From contig CP070751.1 of NCBI GenBank assembly GCA_020348445.1, positions 2,561,767 through 2,625,766 of the forward strand: 64,000 nt of DNA, read 5' to 3'. This DNA comes from Thermoplasmata archaeon. GTDB taxonomy: Archaea; Thermoplasmatota; Thermoplasmata; GCA-020350865. The notes under the pieces are model-generated. The model saw only the letters and a list, made by a program, of their open reading frames with translations, was not told the origin of the DNA and did not search any database. The translations under genes were made by a program, and so were the position numbers. Below are positions 55,691-64,000 of this stretch, one piece after another. How positions within the stretch are numbered: the stretch's first letter is position 1; every line of letters starts with the position of its first letter.

Positions 55691-56326
55691 TTATCTCCCC
55701 TTCAATCTAAACCACATCTGTTGAATCTTATCCCCGAATATCTCTTCTGGATAAGTGCAAGATTCAAGTTCCTCAAAATCCAACTTGGAAAATATATCTC
55801 CCATCTCCTCTTCTGAATAATAAGCAAAATACCTGGGTGATCCCGAGTAGGACCTGGGATTTGCCTCCATTCCCTCTCCCTCCCCCAATTTGAAATTCAC
55901 AGCGATTATGCCCTGTTCCTTTAGAATCCTTTTGAATTCTAATATCACATCCTCTACTTCTGATTTAGGAACATGATAAATGCATCCGCTGGCCCATATT
56001 CCATCAAAGTGTCCATCTTCAAAGTCCAACTTCCGCATGTCCATCTTTCGAAAGCTTCCTTTGGGATACAGCTTCTTAGCTTCATTTAACATACCATCTG
56101 ACAAGTCAACTCCTTCTGCCCTTCCCCCGTTCTTTTCGATTATTAAACAATGCCGCCCGTCCCCGCATCCCACATCAAGAATAAGGGGATTTGATGCTGA
56201 AATGTAGGACAGCATCTTCATTATATAATTCTCCTCCCAATCCAAGAATTTCTGCTGTCTTGTCTTAATACAATATTCCGATGCAATTTGGTCGTATGTT
56301 TTAATGGTTTGCTGCACAAATTCCAT
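55691..56326 (-). CDS. Class I SAM-dependent methyltransferase
   Basis: TI..YD..A..Y, ILDVGCGDGR, G.D.S..ML, DMR.L.F....FDGIWA. Confidence 0.9.
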   Translation of the reverse strand: MEFVQQTIKTYDQIASEYCIKTRQQKFLDWEENYIMKMLSYISASNPLILDVGCGDGRHCLIIEKNGGRAEGVDLSDGMLNEAKKLYPKGSFRKMDMRKLDFEDGHFDGIWASGCIYHVPKSEVEDVILEFKRILKEQGIIAVNFKLGEGEGMEANPRSYSGSPRYFAYYSEEEMGDIFSKLDFEELESCTYPEEIFGDKIQQMWFRLKGR

Positions 56327-56430
56327 TTTCTTGTCCTCTGTGACAGAAAAGAATGTATGTATGATATATAACTTTACCCTCCTTTTCTCTCAAAACATTT
56401 ATCCATTTCCTTTTCATACACCCCATCATC

Positions 56431-57879
56431 ATGGCCCAACTTTTGAGCAAGGCAAAGGAGATAGCAGATTACATCGATAAAAAGGACGATGTTCTAATAA
56501 TAACCCATATCGACGCGGACGGAATTGCAGCGGGAAGCATAGCGTCCTTGGCACTCAAACGAAAGGGCATTGAGCATGAGATCAGGTTCGTTAAAAAGCT
56601 GGATGAGAGCGAGGTTGAAAGGGTAAAAAACGACAATCCAGATTTGGTATGGTTCACAGATTTGGGAAGCGGATCTCTGCCAATTCTGGATGGACTGGAT
56701 GCCGTGATCACTGATCATCACGTTCCCGCTAAAACAGAACTTACCAGGGAGGATCGAATCGACATTCTTAAGTTCGCATCTGCAATTCAGAATGGCTCCA
56801 ACCTCAACAATAACCTGCACCTAAATCCACATCTTATTGGTTTGGATGGGGCAAATGATCTCTCAGGAGCTGGCTCAACCTATTTAGTTGCTAAGATGAT
56901 GGACAAGAAGAATACTGATTTATCTGCACTTGCAATAGTTGGAGCAGTTGGTGATCTCCAAGATGCAAAGCATTTGAAGCTTGTTGGAACCAACAGAGAT
57001 GTACTTCAGGACGGGAAGGATGCGGGTGTCCTTCTCTGGAAAAAGGATATCAGGTACTTTGGAAGGGAAACAAGACCTGTATTTAAATTACTCCAGTACG
57101 CAAACGACCCCATAATTCCATACTTAACCGGTAAAGAAGATGCATGCATCAATTTCCTATTGGAGCTTGGGATAAGTCTGAAAATCGAAGAGGAGTGGCG
57201 AAGGTGGATCGACCTAACATTGGAGGAGAAGCGGGAAATCTCCTCCGAGATAGTAAAATTGTTGCTATCCAAAGGATTTGGTCATGAAATTGCTAAGCGG
57301 TTGATAGGAGAGGTTTATATCCTCAATCAAGAAGAAGAAGGCACAGAGCTTCGGGATGCCAAGGAATATGCCACACTCCTTAATTCCTGTGGAAGATATG
57401 AAAAGGCCGAAGTTGGTTACAACGTCTGCCTCGGAGACAGGGAAGAATGGCTGGATCGGGCGTTGGTTTTATTACGGGGTCACAGAAGGACCCTTGTTGA
57501 TATGCTGCTTTTGATAAAAGAAAGCGGGATAACAGAAATGGGCCACATCCAGTATTTTCATGGACACGATAAGATACCCGAGAACATCGTGGGAACACTG
57601 GCAGGTATGCTTCTTGGGGGTCAAGAGGTAAGAGGTGATCTGCCAATTTTCGGCTTTGCCCTCACATCTGAAGGAGACATCAAGGTGTCCGCCAGGGGAA
57701 CCAGGATCCTTGTTAACAAAGGCCTTGACCTATCTGTTGTTATGAAAGAATCCTCGGAGAAGTTGGGAGGGGTGGGAGGGGGGCACAATATCGCTTCCGG
57801 TGCCACAATACCAAAGGGTAGCGAGGAAGAGTTTTTAAAAATGGCTAATAAGCTTGTGAAGAAGCAGATATCGGGCTAG
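56431..57879 (+). CDS. DHH/DHHA1 phosphoesterase, archaeal RecJ/Cdc45-like
   Basis: THIDADG, F.DLGSG, DHH, D.SGAG..Y, A.VGA.GD.Q, E.A..LN.CGR, K.S.R, GGGH..A.GA. Confidence 0.92.
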   Translation: MAQLLSKAKEIADYIDKKDDVLIITHIDADGIAAGSIASLALKRKGIEHEIRFVKKLDESEVERVKNDNPDLVWFTDLGSGSLPILDGLDAVITDHHVPAKTELTREDRIDILKFASAIQNGSNLNNNLHLNPHLIGLDGANDLSGAGSTYLVAKMMDKKNTDLSALAIVGAVGDLQDAKHLKLVGTNRDVLQDGKDAGVLLWKKDIRYFGRETRPVFKLLQYANDPIIPYLTGKEDACINFLLELGISLKIEEEWRRWIDLTLEEKREISSEIVKLLLSKGFGHEIAKRLIGEVYILNQEEEGTELRDAKEYATLLNSCGRYEKAEVGYNVCLGDREEWLDRALVLLRGHRRTLVDMLLLIKESGITEMGHIQYFHGHDKIPENIVGTLAGMLLGGQEVRGDLPIFGFALTSEGDIKVSARGTRILVNKGLDLSVVMKESSEKLGGVGGGHNIASGATIPKGSEEEFLKMANKLVKKQISG

Positions 57880-57895
57880 GTGGCCGAGATAGTAC

Positions 57896-58693
57896 TTATT
57901 GTAACGGGGTCTCTCCAATTACCTCAGTGGGACTTCCTTCCATTGTCAATTTGAACTTGTCACCGTCATTGATTCCCATGGAGCCCGTTAGATCATCTTT
58001 TACTAGGAAATTATCGTTCTCACTTAGGTTGCCATCCCCATTAGCGTCATTATAATCCACATATATTGGAGGAGTAGGAGTCTCATAGGCTGCAACATTA
58101 CCTTCAATAATTACCGTATCGGTATCACCGTCGATCACATAGAAATGGACCAACTCAGCATCTATCGATGTGGTGATACTGGTAATGGTAACAGTATATG
58201 AAGGTGGAGTGGGTGACAATTTCTGAACATTAAATTCGGTTGCGGGAATATCCCTCACATTGATGGTAACTGTATCATGATCAGGTTCATCATGCTCATC
58301 TTTCACAGTCAAATTGACAGTATACTCCCCTGTAGCCGTATAAATATGTGTTGTGTTTGCCTCAGTTGATGACTCACCGTCTCCGAAATCCCATTCATGG
58401 GTGAGGGTGTCCCCGTCAGGATCTTTGCTTGTTGAATTGAAATAAACGATCTGGTTCACAAAAAAATCATTTTGCGAGAGTGATATTTCCGCGATGGGAG
58501 GACGATTGTCTCCGTCACCGTCTCCATTTCCATTATCCTCACCTTCTTGGGCTATAAAATAATAAGCAGCGATAGCTATTATTACCACGACTACAACCAC
58601 GATTGCGATGATTTTCATTTTGCCCGATGAATCGCCTTCAACCGATGGTTTTGGTTTTTCATCCTCAACTTTCTCTTCCTTATCCTTGGCCAT
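57896..58693 (-). CDS. Membrane-anchored PKD-domain protein
   Basis: TM IIAIVVVVVVIIAIAAYYFI; NRPP.A..S.DPDGD.LT..WDFGDG..HIY...G.Y.V.LTV.D; C-terminal D...DG.LS..D.F. Confidence 0.8.
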   Translation of the reverse strand: MAKDKEEKVEDEKPKPSVEGDSSGKMKIIAIVVVVVVIIAIAAYYFIAQEGEDNGNGDGDGDNRPPIAEISLSQNDFFVNQIVYFNSTSKDPDGDTLTHEWDFGDGESSTEANTTHIYTATGEYTVNLTVKDEHDEPDHDTVTINVRDIPATEFNVQKLSPTPPSYTVTITSITTSIDAELVHFYVIDGDTDTVIIEGNVAAYETPTPPIYVDYNDANGDGNLSENDNFLVKDDLTGSMGINDGDKFKLTMEGSPTEVIGETPLQ

Positions 58694-58807
58694 GGTATCA
58701 CACAGGCTATCATATCAATCACAGTTTATTAATCTTTCGAAAATGTGAATTTGGGTTTTATTTGCGAAAAGGACAAAAAAGAAGGTGATAATCCCGAAAT
58801 CTGGGAA

Positions 58808-59161
58808 TTAACTTTTTTCGCTCATCAGCTTGATTATGGCCTCGGCAGGCTCACCCCCGCACTCCTCCAGGGCTCGCTTTGCCTCTTCCTCAGAGACTCC
58901 GGCCTGCTGGGCAACAAGCTCTATGTCCTCCTGGGGTATTCCCGTATCAGATGTGATTTCCTCTGGATTGCCTACTACTTGATAGGTCTTCTGACCCTGA
59001 ACATCCATCAATGTAACTGCGGCATCCCTGAAAACCAGGGTTTTGCTCGAGGTCTTGATTATGACCTCCTCTACATCCTCCATCTCCTCGATGTTGATAC
59101 CGTGCTTCTTCATCATGGATTTCATGTGCTTGGGATTAAGACCCCGACCGCCGGGTATCAT
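58808..59161 (-). CDS. nac: Nascent polypeptide-associated complex protein
   Basis: NP..M..MMKK.GI..EE..DVEEVII, V..M...GQ.TYQV.G, EDI.LVA.Q.GVS.EEA..AL....G..AEAI. Confidence 0.95.
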   Translation of the reverse strand: MIPGGRGLNPKHMKSMMKKHGINIEEMEDVEEVIIKTSSKTLVFRDAAVTLMDVQGQKTYQVVGNPEEITSDTGIPQEDIELVAQQAGVSEEEAKRALEECGGEPAEAIIKLMSEKS

Positions 59162-59275
59162 GATTTCACCAAGGGTATATCTTTTTTGTTCTGTTTAAAT
59201 ATTGTGGCTGAATGTCCCCCCTCTGAAAGTTGTTGATCCTGAATAATCAGTGATAATGGGGAGTTAAGGGTGGGA

Positions 59276-59321
59276 GCCCTTAGGCTTAAGATATCAGTTA
59301 ATAACTACATAACCTAAGGGC
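59276..59321. repeat. Perfect 9-bp inverted repeat with 28-nt spacer between divergent nac and dph5
   Basis: GCCCTTAGG (59276-59284) and CCTAAGGGC (59313-59321). Confidence 0.6.
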
Positions 59322-59492
59322 AAAGTGGACTATGAATTAGTCTCATAGGAAATGGAATAGGCCACGATGGAGGGGGCATGGTGGTGGGAATGGAGGATGA
59401 ATACGGAGAAGTAGGTAAGGAGAAAGGGAATTCACGGGAAAAAATATCTATCACATTCCCTATTACCCTTGAGGAAATCAGGGAATGAGAGT

Positions 59493-60287
59493 ATGGGCGA
59501 GTTGATATTCATTGGCCTTGGATTGTTCGACGAGAAGGATATATCTGTAAATGGATTGGAAGCGGCAAGAGAGTGCGATGTACTTTTTGCAGAGTTCTAC
59601 ACAGCCAAACTCACAGGCACAACCGTAGGAAAAATTGAAAATCTGATTGGTAAGAACATCACGGTTTTGGACAGGGAAAAAATGGAAAAGCAGGATATCA
59701 TCATCGAGACTGCTAGTAATAAAAAGGTGGGTGTGCTTGTTGCCGGGGATCCAATGGCCGCCACGACCCATTTAGCCCTTAGATTGAGGGCAAAGGAGAA
59801 TAGAATCAAGACAAGGATCATTCACGGAACCTCCATTATCGCCTCTGCACCTGCATTGTCCGGGCTTCATATCTATAAATTCGGAAAGACGGCGAGCATT
59901 CCCTATCCCAGGGAGAATTACTTTCCCACCAGTCCGTATGAAATTTTAAAAGAGAATCTAAAAAATGAATTGCATACACTGATATTGCTTGATATCGACG
60001 AAAAAGAAGAGAAATACATGCGTGCCAACGAAGCTCTTAAATTGCTTTTGGAAATGGAAAAAGAGAGAAAGGAAAAAGTGGTATCCAATAAAACACTGGT
60101 GTGTGTATTGGGCAGTGTGGGTTCAAAGATACCAAAACTAAGAGCAGGTTATCTGAAGGACTTAAGCAAGGAGGATTTTGGAGAGGGATTGCACTGCCTA
60201 ATCATCCCAGGAAAACTGCACTTCATGGAGGCCGAGGCATTGGTGGAGCTCGCCGGGGCGCCAAGAGGGATTATTGAGGAGATTTAG
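59493..60287 (+). CDS. dph5: Diphthine synthase
   Basis: L.FIGLGL.DE.DIS..GLE, .AEFYT, LV.GDP..ATTH..L, GL..YKFG.T.SIP, LHTL.LLDI, H.LIIPG.LHF.E. Confidence 0.96.
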   Translation: MGELIFIGLGLFDEKDISVNGLEAARECDVLFAEFYTAKLTGTTVGKIENLIGKNITVLDREKMEKQDIIIETASNKKVGVLVAGDPMAATTHLALRLRAKENRIKTRIIHGTSIIASAPALSGLHIYKFGKTASIPYPRENYFPTSPYEILKENLKNELHTLILLDIDEKEEKYMRANEALKLLLEMEKERKEKVVSNKTLVCVLGSVGSKIPKLRAGYLKDLSKEDFGEGLHCLIIPGKLHFMEAEALVELAGAPRGIIEEI

Positions 60288-60306
60288 TCGAGTGATATTT
60301 CCTAAA

Positions 60307-60331
60307 TATTAACATAATAACATTGTTAATA
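60307..60331. promoter_or_regulatory. 8-bp inverted repeat just upstream of a TATA-like element; possible operator
   Basis: TATTAACA-N9-TGTTAATA followed by TTTATAAC at about 60340; AT-rich, so chance cannot be excluded. Confidence 0.4.
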
Positions 60332-60516
60332 GAAATCATTTTATAACTATACCACAATCCAGTAAACTGGGAGGAGGCGCTGGGAGTGAGTGGAATAAGA
60401 GCGGCGAGAACTGTTCTTAAAATGTTGCGTGTGGCAATATAGCACGGCATCCACTTCTTTTGAGCACTTCCTTTTGGCCGGAATCCCGGAGAGAGAAATA
60501 TAGGAGGGAGACGAAT

Positions 60517-63500
60517 ATGAGTTCAAAGACTAAAAGCTGTATTTTGTGTGTAGTGATGTTGATGAGTGTCCTTCTCGTGGGATTTCCTGTGATGGAATCT
60601 TCCGAGGAAAGCAGAATTCCCGAGGCTGAAAAGGAAGAAGGCCCAATGTCGGGGCCCGGCACGCTGTCATCCACGTATTCAGCGAGCATAGTGATCGGGG
60701 CTGATAATGATCAATATGATGGTCAGGGCATGGGCAGGCTTTATAAATCCAGCTCAAGGTATTATTCATATGACTATCCATATTGGTATATTTATAAAAG
60801 TGGTACAAATTATGAATCCAGGCCTTTCGCAGTATATGATCTAAGCGATCTTGCGCAATACGAGAATGTGAACATTGTCAGCGGTACAATACATTATTGG
60901 AGATATTATCGATACTACATAAAAACCTTTGATGTTTATACCATGAATTCGATTCCTTACGATACCACTACCTCAAGTTCAACTGTTGAGGGCTGGTTCA
61001 ACGAAATCGGCGGTAGTGGGTCTGTAAGATTGGGCACCGAAACATATACAGGCAGTTCTGACCCCTCGTCTGCACGAACTGACAGATGGATCACCATAAC
61101 CTCAAATGGTATCGACGAGCTTAATCAGAAGTTGAATACCAATAGTTATGATTTTTCCATGGGAGCGTTAATCACATCATTTTATTCTGGAACATATGGA
61201 TATGCTTACTGTGGAGACGTCCGGCTGGAATTGGATTTCACCTACACAGCCGAGCCCGATGAGGCCAAAGGCGAGATTGCCGTGGGTGATGAGCTGGCCG
61301 GGTACGGATATTCAACAACAAAATATGATTATTATAACTATGTGTATTTATATTCTAGTTCATCATATGTTGGTTATGCTACCTGGGATGCGGATCTGTT
61401 CAATGATCTAATACCCACTTCCGGTCCAGAAGGCGAAACAGTAACCCTAACCGGTGTTTACCTAAGAGCAAACTCAGACTATATTGGTGGCTCACCGACC
61501 GTGACCATAAATGATTTGTTTAAGAATCCAAAAACTGACAGCTGGTCATCTGTATACGATGACGCGGGCGACGGAAAATACTGTTCTCATCTATTAAAGA
61601 GCCCATATCCTGCAGAGTACGAATGGGACCTCGGTCCTGATGCATTGGACGATTTCAGCGACGCACTTGACGGCACTCCGAACTTCTTTGGAGTTGGCTT
61701 CACAAGCACTGGATACGGACGGCTGGTATCGCCAAAATTGGTTATCAAGTGGACTATCGACTATGGACCGCGCAAGACCTTACAGCTCGGCCCTGATAAT
61801 CCTGAGTATGGCGGACATGCACAGGGGTACACATATCAATATGGAACAAATACACCCTCTTGTTATTCGCGATATTATTCATATATGTACAAATCTTCCT
61901 CCTCTGAGCAGCATGGCTGGGCCGTGTTCGATCTAAAGGATTTGACCCAGTGGCCAGGTGTGAGCGTCAAGAAGGCCAAATTGGTTGTTCATAATTACTA
62001 TAATTATTATGCAAATGTGATAAATATCAATGCTCTTCAGACAACACCCTTCGATAGTCCAGGATCCGCGATTTCTAATGCCGTGCATACAGAATCTGGT
62101 TCCACTGGTATTCAGATCGGTTCGTACACCACTTTAACTTCCACTGATACCACATACAAACGCATTGAAATACCTCTAAATTCAGCTGCTGTAACCGCAC
62201 TTAATGACAAATTGAGTAGCTCGCCAACATACTATACATTTGGGGTAGGTATGTATATAGATAAATTATATGGTACTCGCACCTATGGCTATGCCCGCTG
62301 GACTGACGTCCGGCTTGCTGTAACTTTCGATTGTGACAGCGAGCTTGAGTCAACACCACAAGATGATGGTGTTGCCTTTGGTGACGATTGGTCAGGGTAT
62401 GTGTACAAGCGTACCTCAGCCGAAGATCGGCCGTATGGATACCAATACCTTAGAAAGTATACCGCCTACGAATACCGCAGTTATGCTCAATGGGATGTCT
62501 GGCGGATACGAGATGTGTTCCCCGAGGACATCTCAGATATCAAGATAACAAAGGTAGGCCTGCGGTTCAATCATTACATGTCCCGTTTATCGAACATCTA
62601 TATCTATCAGATGATTCATGATGTAACAACAGCCTCAGACTCTGATATATTCACGGACTGCGGTGACGGGACACAGTATTTCGGCCCAGGCAGCTACTCC
62701 AGTACCTATCGTGAGGAATACGAATTTGACATGGGGGAAGATGCTGTGAACGATTTTCAGGATGCGTTCGAGGATAACGATCCAACTTTCTTTGGGCTTG
62801 GTATGGTCACGACATCCACAAGCGGTTCTGCATATGATTACGGCCCGAAATTGGTATTGGAATGGACGACGGCTGTCCCTCCGGTGGCTGACGCAGGCCC
62901 AGATCAAACTGTGAATGAAGGTGATGTCGTAACGTTGGATGGCACGGCCTCATACCATCCCATGGGTACAATAGAAACCTATGAATGGGATTACGAAAGC
63001 GACGGGACCTACGATTACCAGGAGACCTCAAGCAGTGCCCCCGACGGGGCTTTCGATGGAAAAACCACGCACATCTACGGGGACGATGGTGTGTACACCG
63101 CGACCTTGAGAGTTATAGATGGAATCGATGTCGAGGATACAGATACATGCACAGTAACTGCGAACAATGTCGCACCTATTATTAACTCAGTGGTTGCAGA
63201 AACCATCCCAACACCGCCTTTGAATTTGCCGGGTCAGAAAGTATGGTATGTGGATGATGTGCCTGGAAGCGGGCCTGGAAATCCTTCTGAGGACTTCACT
63301 AGTATTCAATCTGCTATAAATGCTGCAAGCCAAAACGATATTGTTTATGTATACAGCGGGACGTATTCCCCATCCACAAATGGTGAGGCCTTCCCAATTG
63401 TGATGAAAAACGGTATCTCACTAATTGGAGAAAGGGCATCCAGCACAATTTTGAATGCAGAGAGTACAGACAGGGTGATACACTGCGAGGGGATAACAGA

Positions 63501-64000
63501 TTCTTCAACAAGAATCGAGGGATTCAAAATCACAGGCGGATTGGAGCAGGGCGGTGGTATCTATTGTGAAGAGTCCTCTTTGACCATCATCAACAACATC
63601 ATAACCAATAACCGCGCCTTTGGCGGCGAGGTATTATACCCATTCGAGAAGACCGAGGCAGCCAAAGGTTGGAGTATCACTAGCGGAAATAATTATGTGC
63701 GCGGTCACAGGATCACTTGTATGAGTGACAATATCTATGTCACCGAGCTTGGCGTGTTCCTCCCACCATCAGTGGTTGACAAGAGCGATAGATATGTCAC
63801 GCTGTTTGAATTCACCTCAAAGAAGAAGTTAGCGCAGGTGCAGATTCCAAGACCATTTCCTGGCGATACATGGAACTTTGTAAAGTTGGATTCTCCTGTT
63901 CCGTTGACAAAAGGTACAGATTATGTTGTTGCTGAGTGGGGTTATGGTTACTATTGGCGTTATGTGGGCGGGAGTTATCCCCCTACCTGGGATGGTGACA
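60517..64000 (+). CDS. Large secreted modular protein, open at the right edge (>1160 aa): four tandem beta-sandwich repeats, PKD, parallel beta-helix region, further module
   Basis: ATG at 60517 after GGAGGGAG. The frame was checked at 62881 (PVADAGPDQTVNEG) and 63961 (YVGGSYPPTWDGD) with no stop read. Absent from the ORF track, consistent with no stop inside the window. Confidence 0.88.
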   Translation, partial: MSSKTKSCILCVVMLMSVLLVGFPVMESSEESRIPEAEKEEGPMSGPGTLSSTYSASIVIGADNDQYDGQGMGRLYKSSSRYYSYDYPYWYIYKSGTNYESRPFAVYDLSDLAQYENVNIVSGTIHYWRYYRYYIKTFDVYTMNSIPYDTTTSSSTVEGWFNEIGGSGSVRLGTETYTGSSDPSSARTDRWITITSNGIDELNQKLNTNSYDFSMGALITSFYSGTYGYAYCGDVRLELDFTYTAEPDEAKGEIAVGDELAGYGYSTTKYDYYNYVYLYSSSSYVGYATWDADLFNDLIPTSGPEGETVTLTGVYLRANSDYIGGSPTVTINDLFKNPKTDSWSSVYDDAGDGKYCSHLLKSPYPAEYEWDLGPDALDDFSDALDGTPNFFGVGFTSTGYGRLVSPKLVIKWTIDYGPRKTLQLGPDNPEYGGHAQGYTYQYGTNTPSCYSRYYSYMYKSSSSEQHGWAVFDLKDLTQWPGVSVKKAKLVVHNYYNYYANVININALQTTPFDSPGSAISNAVHTESGSTGIQIGSYTTLTSTDTTYKRIEIPLNSAAVTALNDKLSSSPTYYTFGVGMYIDKLYGTRTYGYARWTDVRLAVTFDCDSELESTPQDDGVAFGDDWSGYVYKRTSAEDRPYGYQYLRKYTAYEYRSYAQWDVWRIRDVFPEDISDIKITKVGLRFNHYMSRLSNIYIYQMIHDVTTASDSDIFTDCGDGTQYFGPGSYSSTYREEYEFDMGEDAVNDFQDAFEDNDPTFFGLGMVTTSTSGSAYDYGPKLVLEWTTAVPPVADAGPDQTVNEGDVVTLDGTASYHPMGTIETYEWDYESDGTYDYQETSSSAPDGAFDGKTTHIYGDDGVYTATLRVIDGIDVEDTDTCTVTANNVAPIINSVVAETIPTPPLNLPGQKVWYVDDVPGSGPGNPSEDFTSIQSAINAASQNDIVYVYSGTYSPSTNGEAFPIVMKNGISLIGERASSTILNAESTDRVIHCEGITDSSTRIEGFKITGGLEQGGGIYCEESSLTIINNIITNNRAFGGEVLYPFEKTEAAKGWSITSGNNYVRGHRITCMSDNIYVTELGVFLPPSVVDKSDRYVTLFEFTSKKKLAQVQIPRPFPGDTWNFVKLDSPVPLTKGTDYVVAEWGYGYYWRYVGGSYPPTWDGD

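Noticed and set aside
59276-59321. MITE or IS remnant
   Set aside because: A single 9-bp inverted repeat with no target-site duplication, no second copy noticed and no transposase; kept only as a repeat feature.
60417-63533. Short ORFs listed in the track across the last 3.5 kb
   Set aside because: All are shadows of the single long + strand ORF starting at 60517.

Overview
Archaeal chromosomal window. Evidence: the pus10-rpl21e-rpo4-DUF655 cluster, NAC, dph5, an intron-containing tRNA-Ser and GGAGG/GGTGA ribosome-binding sites. The gene repertoire (KaiC/RAD55-type ATPase, C25 gingipain-like peptidase, giant PKD/TSP3 surface proteins) suggests a sediment Thermoplasmatota-like host; this is inference, not phylogeny. 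Headline: positions 202-5620 carry a co-oriented, eukaryote-type ubiquitin cascade. It comprises a pro-ubiquitin-like modifier (GG followed by WIFQ), a UBA3-like E1 with catalytic Cys and C-terminal extension, an E2 with HPN and catalytic Cys, an Rpn11/JAMM protease, and a FANCL-like E3 candidate with two C4HC3-type fingers and four inactive UBC/RWD-like repeats. It lies between a uppS 3' end and a KaiC-like ATPase. Next is a tRNA-Ser(UGA) gene bracketed by hairpins built from copies of its own 5' and 3' ends. The rest of the window holds, in order: pheT; two tandem polyproline-tailed adhesin-like paralogs; a six-gene archaeal-type mevalonate operon with an LpdD-like prFMN chaperone; a polypurine repeat; a C25 peptidase; the translation/transcription cluster with an unlisted 47-aa Cys4 protein upstream; a 14-kb array of stress/repair genes; a CTG-initiated saccharopine dehydrogenase-like gene; a sulfur/Fe-S cluster split by a 1778-aa PKD protein; RecJ-like DHH, NAC and dph5; and a >1160-aa surface protein running off the right edge. 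No transposase, integrase, rRNA or CRISPR array was seen. All family calls come from motif recognition by eye; no database search was run.
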